A stretch of 63,734 bases of DNA, filler included, from Choristocarpus tenellus KU-1152 (Eukaryota > Protista > Phaeophyceae): assembly GCA_964200185.2 (NCBI GenBank). It is 8 parts of 8 records of this genome, joined end to end, with 100 filler letters (N's around TTAATTAATTAA, not from the genome) between each part and the next. Parts side by side here need not be neighbours in the genome. Positions count along the whole stretch, not along the records: positions 59,448 to 63,734 come from CAXNAD020015282.1; 7 more parts are not named here. One strand, written 5' to 3'. Each line of letters begins with the position of its first letter. Within the stretch, counting starts at the first letter, position 1. Under the pieces are notes generated by a model. The model saw only the letters and a list, made by a program, of their open reading frames with translations. It had not been told where the DNA came from and did no database searches. The position numbers were made by a program, and so were the translations under genes. Shown in pieces: positions 63,084 to 63,734 of this stretch.

Positions 63084-63647
63084 TTAGAGATCATTGCTTG
63101 AACCTATGGAGATGACATCATCCAGTGAATCCTTGAGGAGCTTTAGGTAGCGAGTCCCTTCCTTCCTGTCCTCATCCCTCAGCGCCCCCATCAAACCCCC
63201 CATCATGATAAGCGCATCAGCCGCCAAACCATACCTTTGTGGCAAGGGGTGTGGGTGGTGGTTGACTAGGAGTTGAAGCGTGGTTTGTGTTGGATAGAAA
63301 ATGAAGACTCTATTTTTAATGGTGTGTGAGTGAGTGCTTAAATTGTCTTAGTTGAGAGGACGGGCCTCACCACACTAAAATAAGAAAAACAGGCATAAAC
63401 CATCTCGTGGCATACCGATCCAACCTTCAGCAGGAAGTCAACCCTACTAAAAAGTGTTGACAACACACACACACACACACCCTCCCCAATTACAGTACGA
63501 TCAACCATTATTGGCGCCCCCCATCCAGGCTGCGCACCTTCGAATTGTGCCCACCGTTACTTTGTCGTCACTTGTCAAGACATTTGAAGTGACAAGGTCC
63601 ACAAACGCCTTCTCCAGTCCTGTCGCCGGCTCTTGTTGTACTACTGC
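63084..63647 (-). CDS. Last two exons of an unidentified helical protein
   Basis: Exon 63647-63538 (ACAG|AVVQQEPATGLEKAFVDLVTS..VGTIR, AG|GTGCGC) and exon 63234-63084 (RYGLAADALIMMGGL..LKLLKDSLDDVISIGSSNDL*) join in phase. Confidence 0.7.
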
Positions 63648-63734
63648 CTGTGATGTGCATGGGGGAGAGGGGGGGGGGCGTTGGGGTTAGGGTAGCTTGT
63701 ACTGATAAGATTTTGCTCTTTTCAGGTTCACAAC

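Overview
Eukaryotic nuclear DNA, not prokaryotic. The window is eight contigs joined by artificial 100-bp N44-TTAATTAATTAA-N44 linkers. Gene content, intron style, the ankyrin-gene C-terminus and scattered (CCCTAA)n tracts suggest a brown alga or a close stramenopile relative (inference). Spliced genes I could reconstruct with frame-consistent GT-AG junctions: a complete NUP42/NUPL2-like CCCH-FG nucleoporin, head-to-head with a PHD-finger gene; a partial AP-1 mu subunit; a partial bacterial-type UvrC carrying spliceosomal introns; a large ankyrin-repeat exon; a partial WD40 gene; and the 3' ends of two unidentified genes. Mobile DNA: a decayed Copia element lacking integrase (with PPT and 3' LTR), a pogo-like transposase remnant, and about 20 MITE copies in three families that share the terminus G(A/G)(G/C)TCAAAGTA. 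The most unusual object is a ~4-kb array (about 4010-8022) of roughly ten ~373-bp units. Each unit is built almost wholly of stem-loops, and the array switches orientation twice (+/-/+), creating kilobase fold-backs. Much of 1-4000, 8100-15000 and 56200-59300 looks like decayed element DNA that I cannot identify with confidence.
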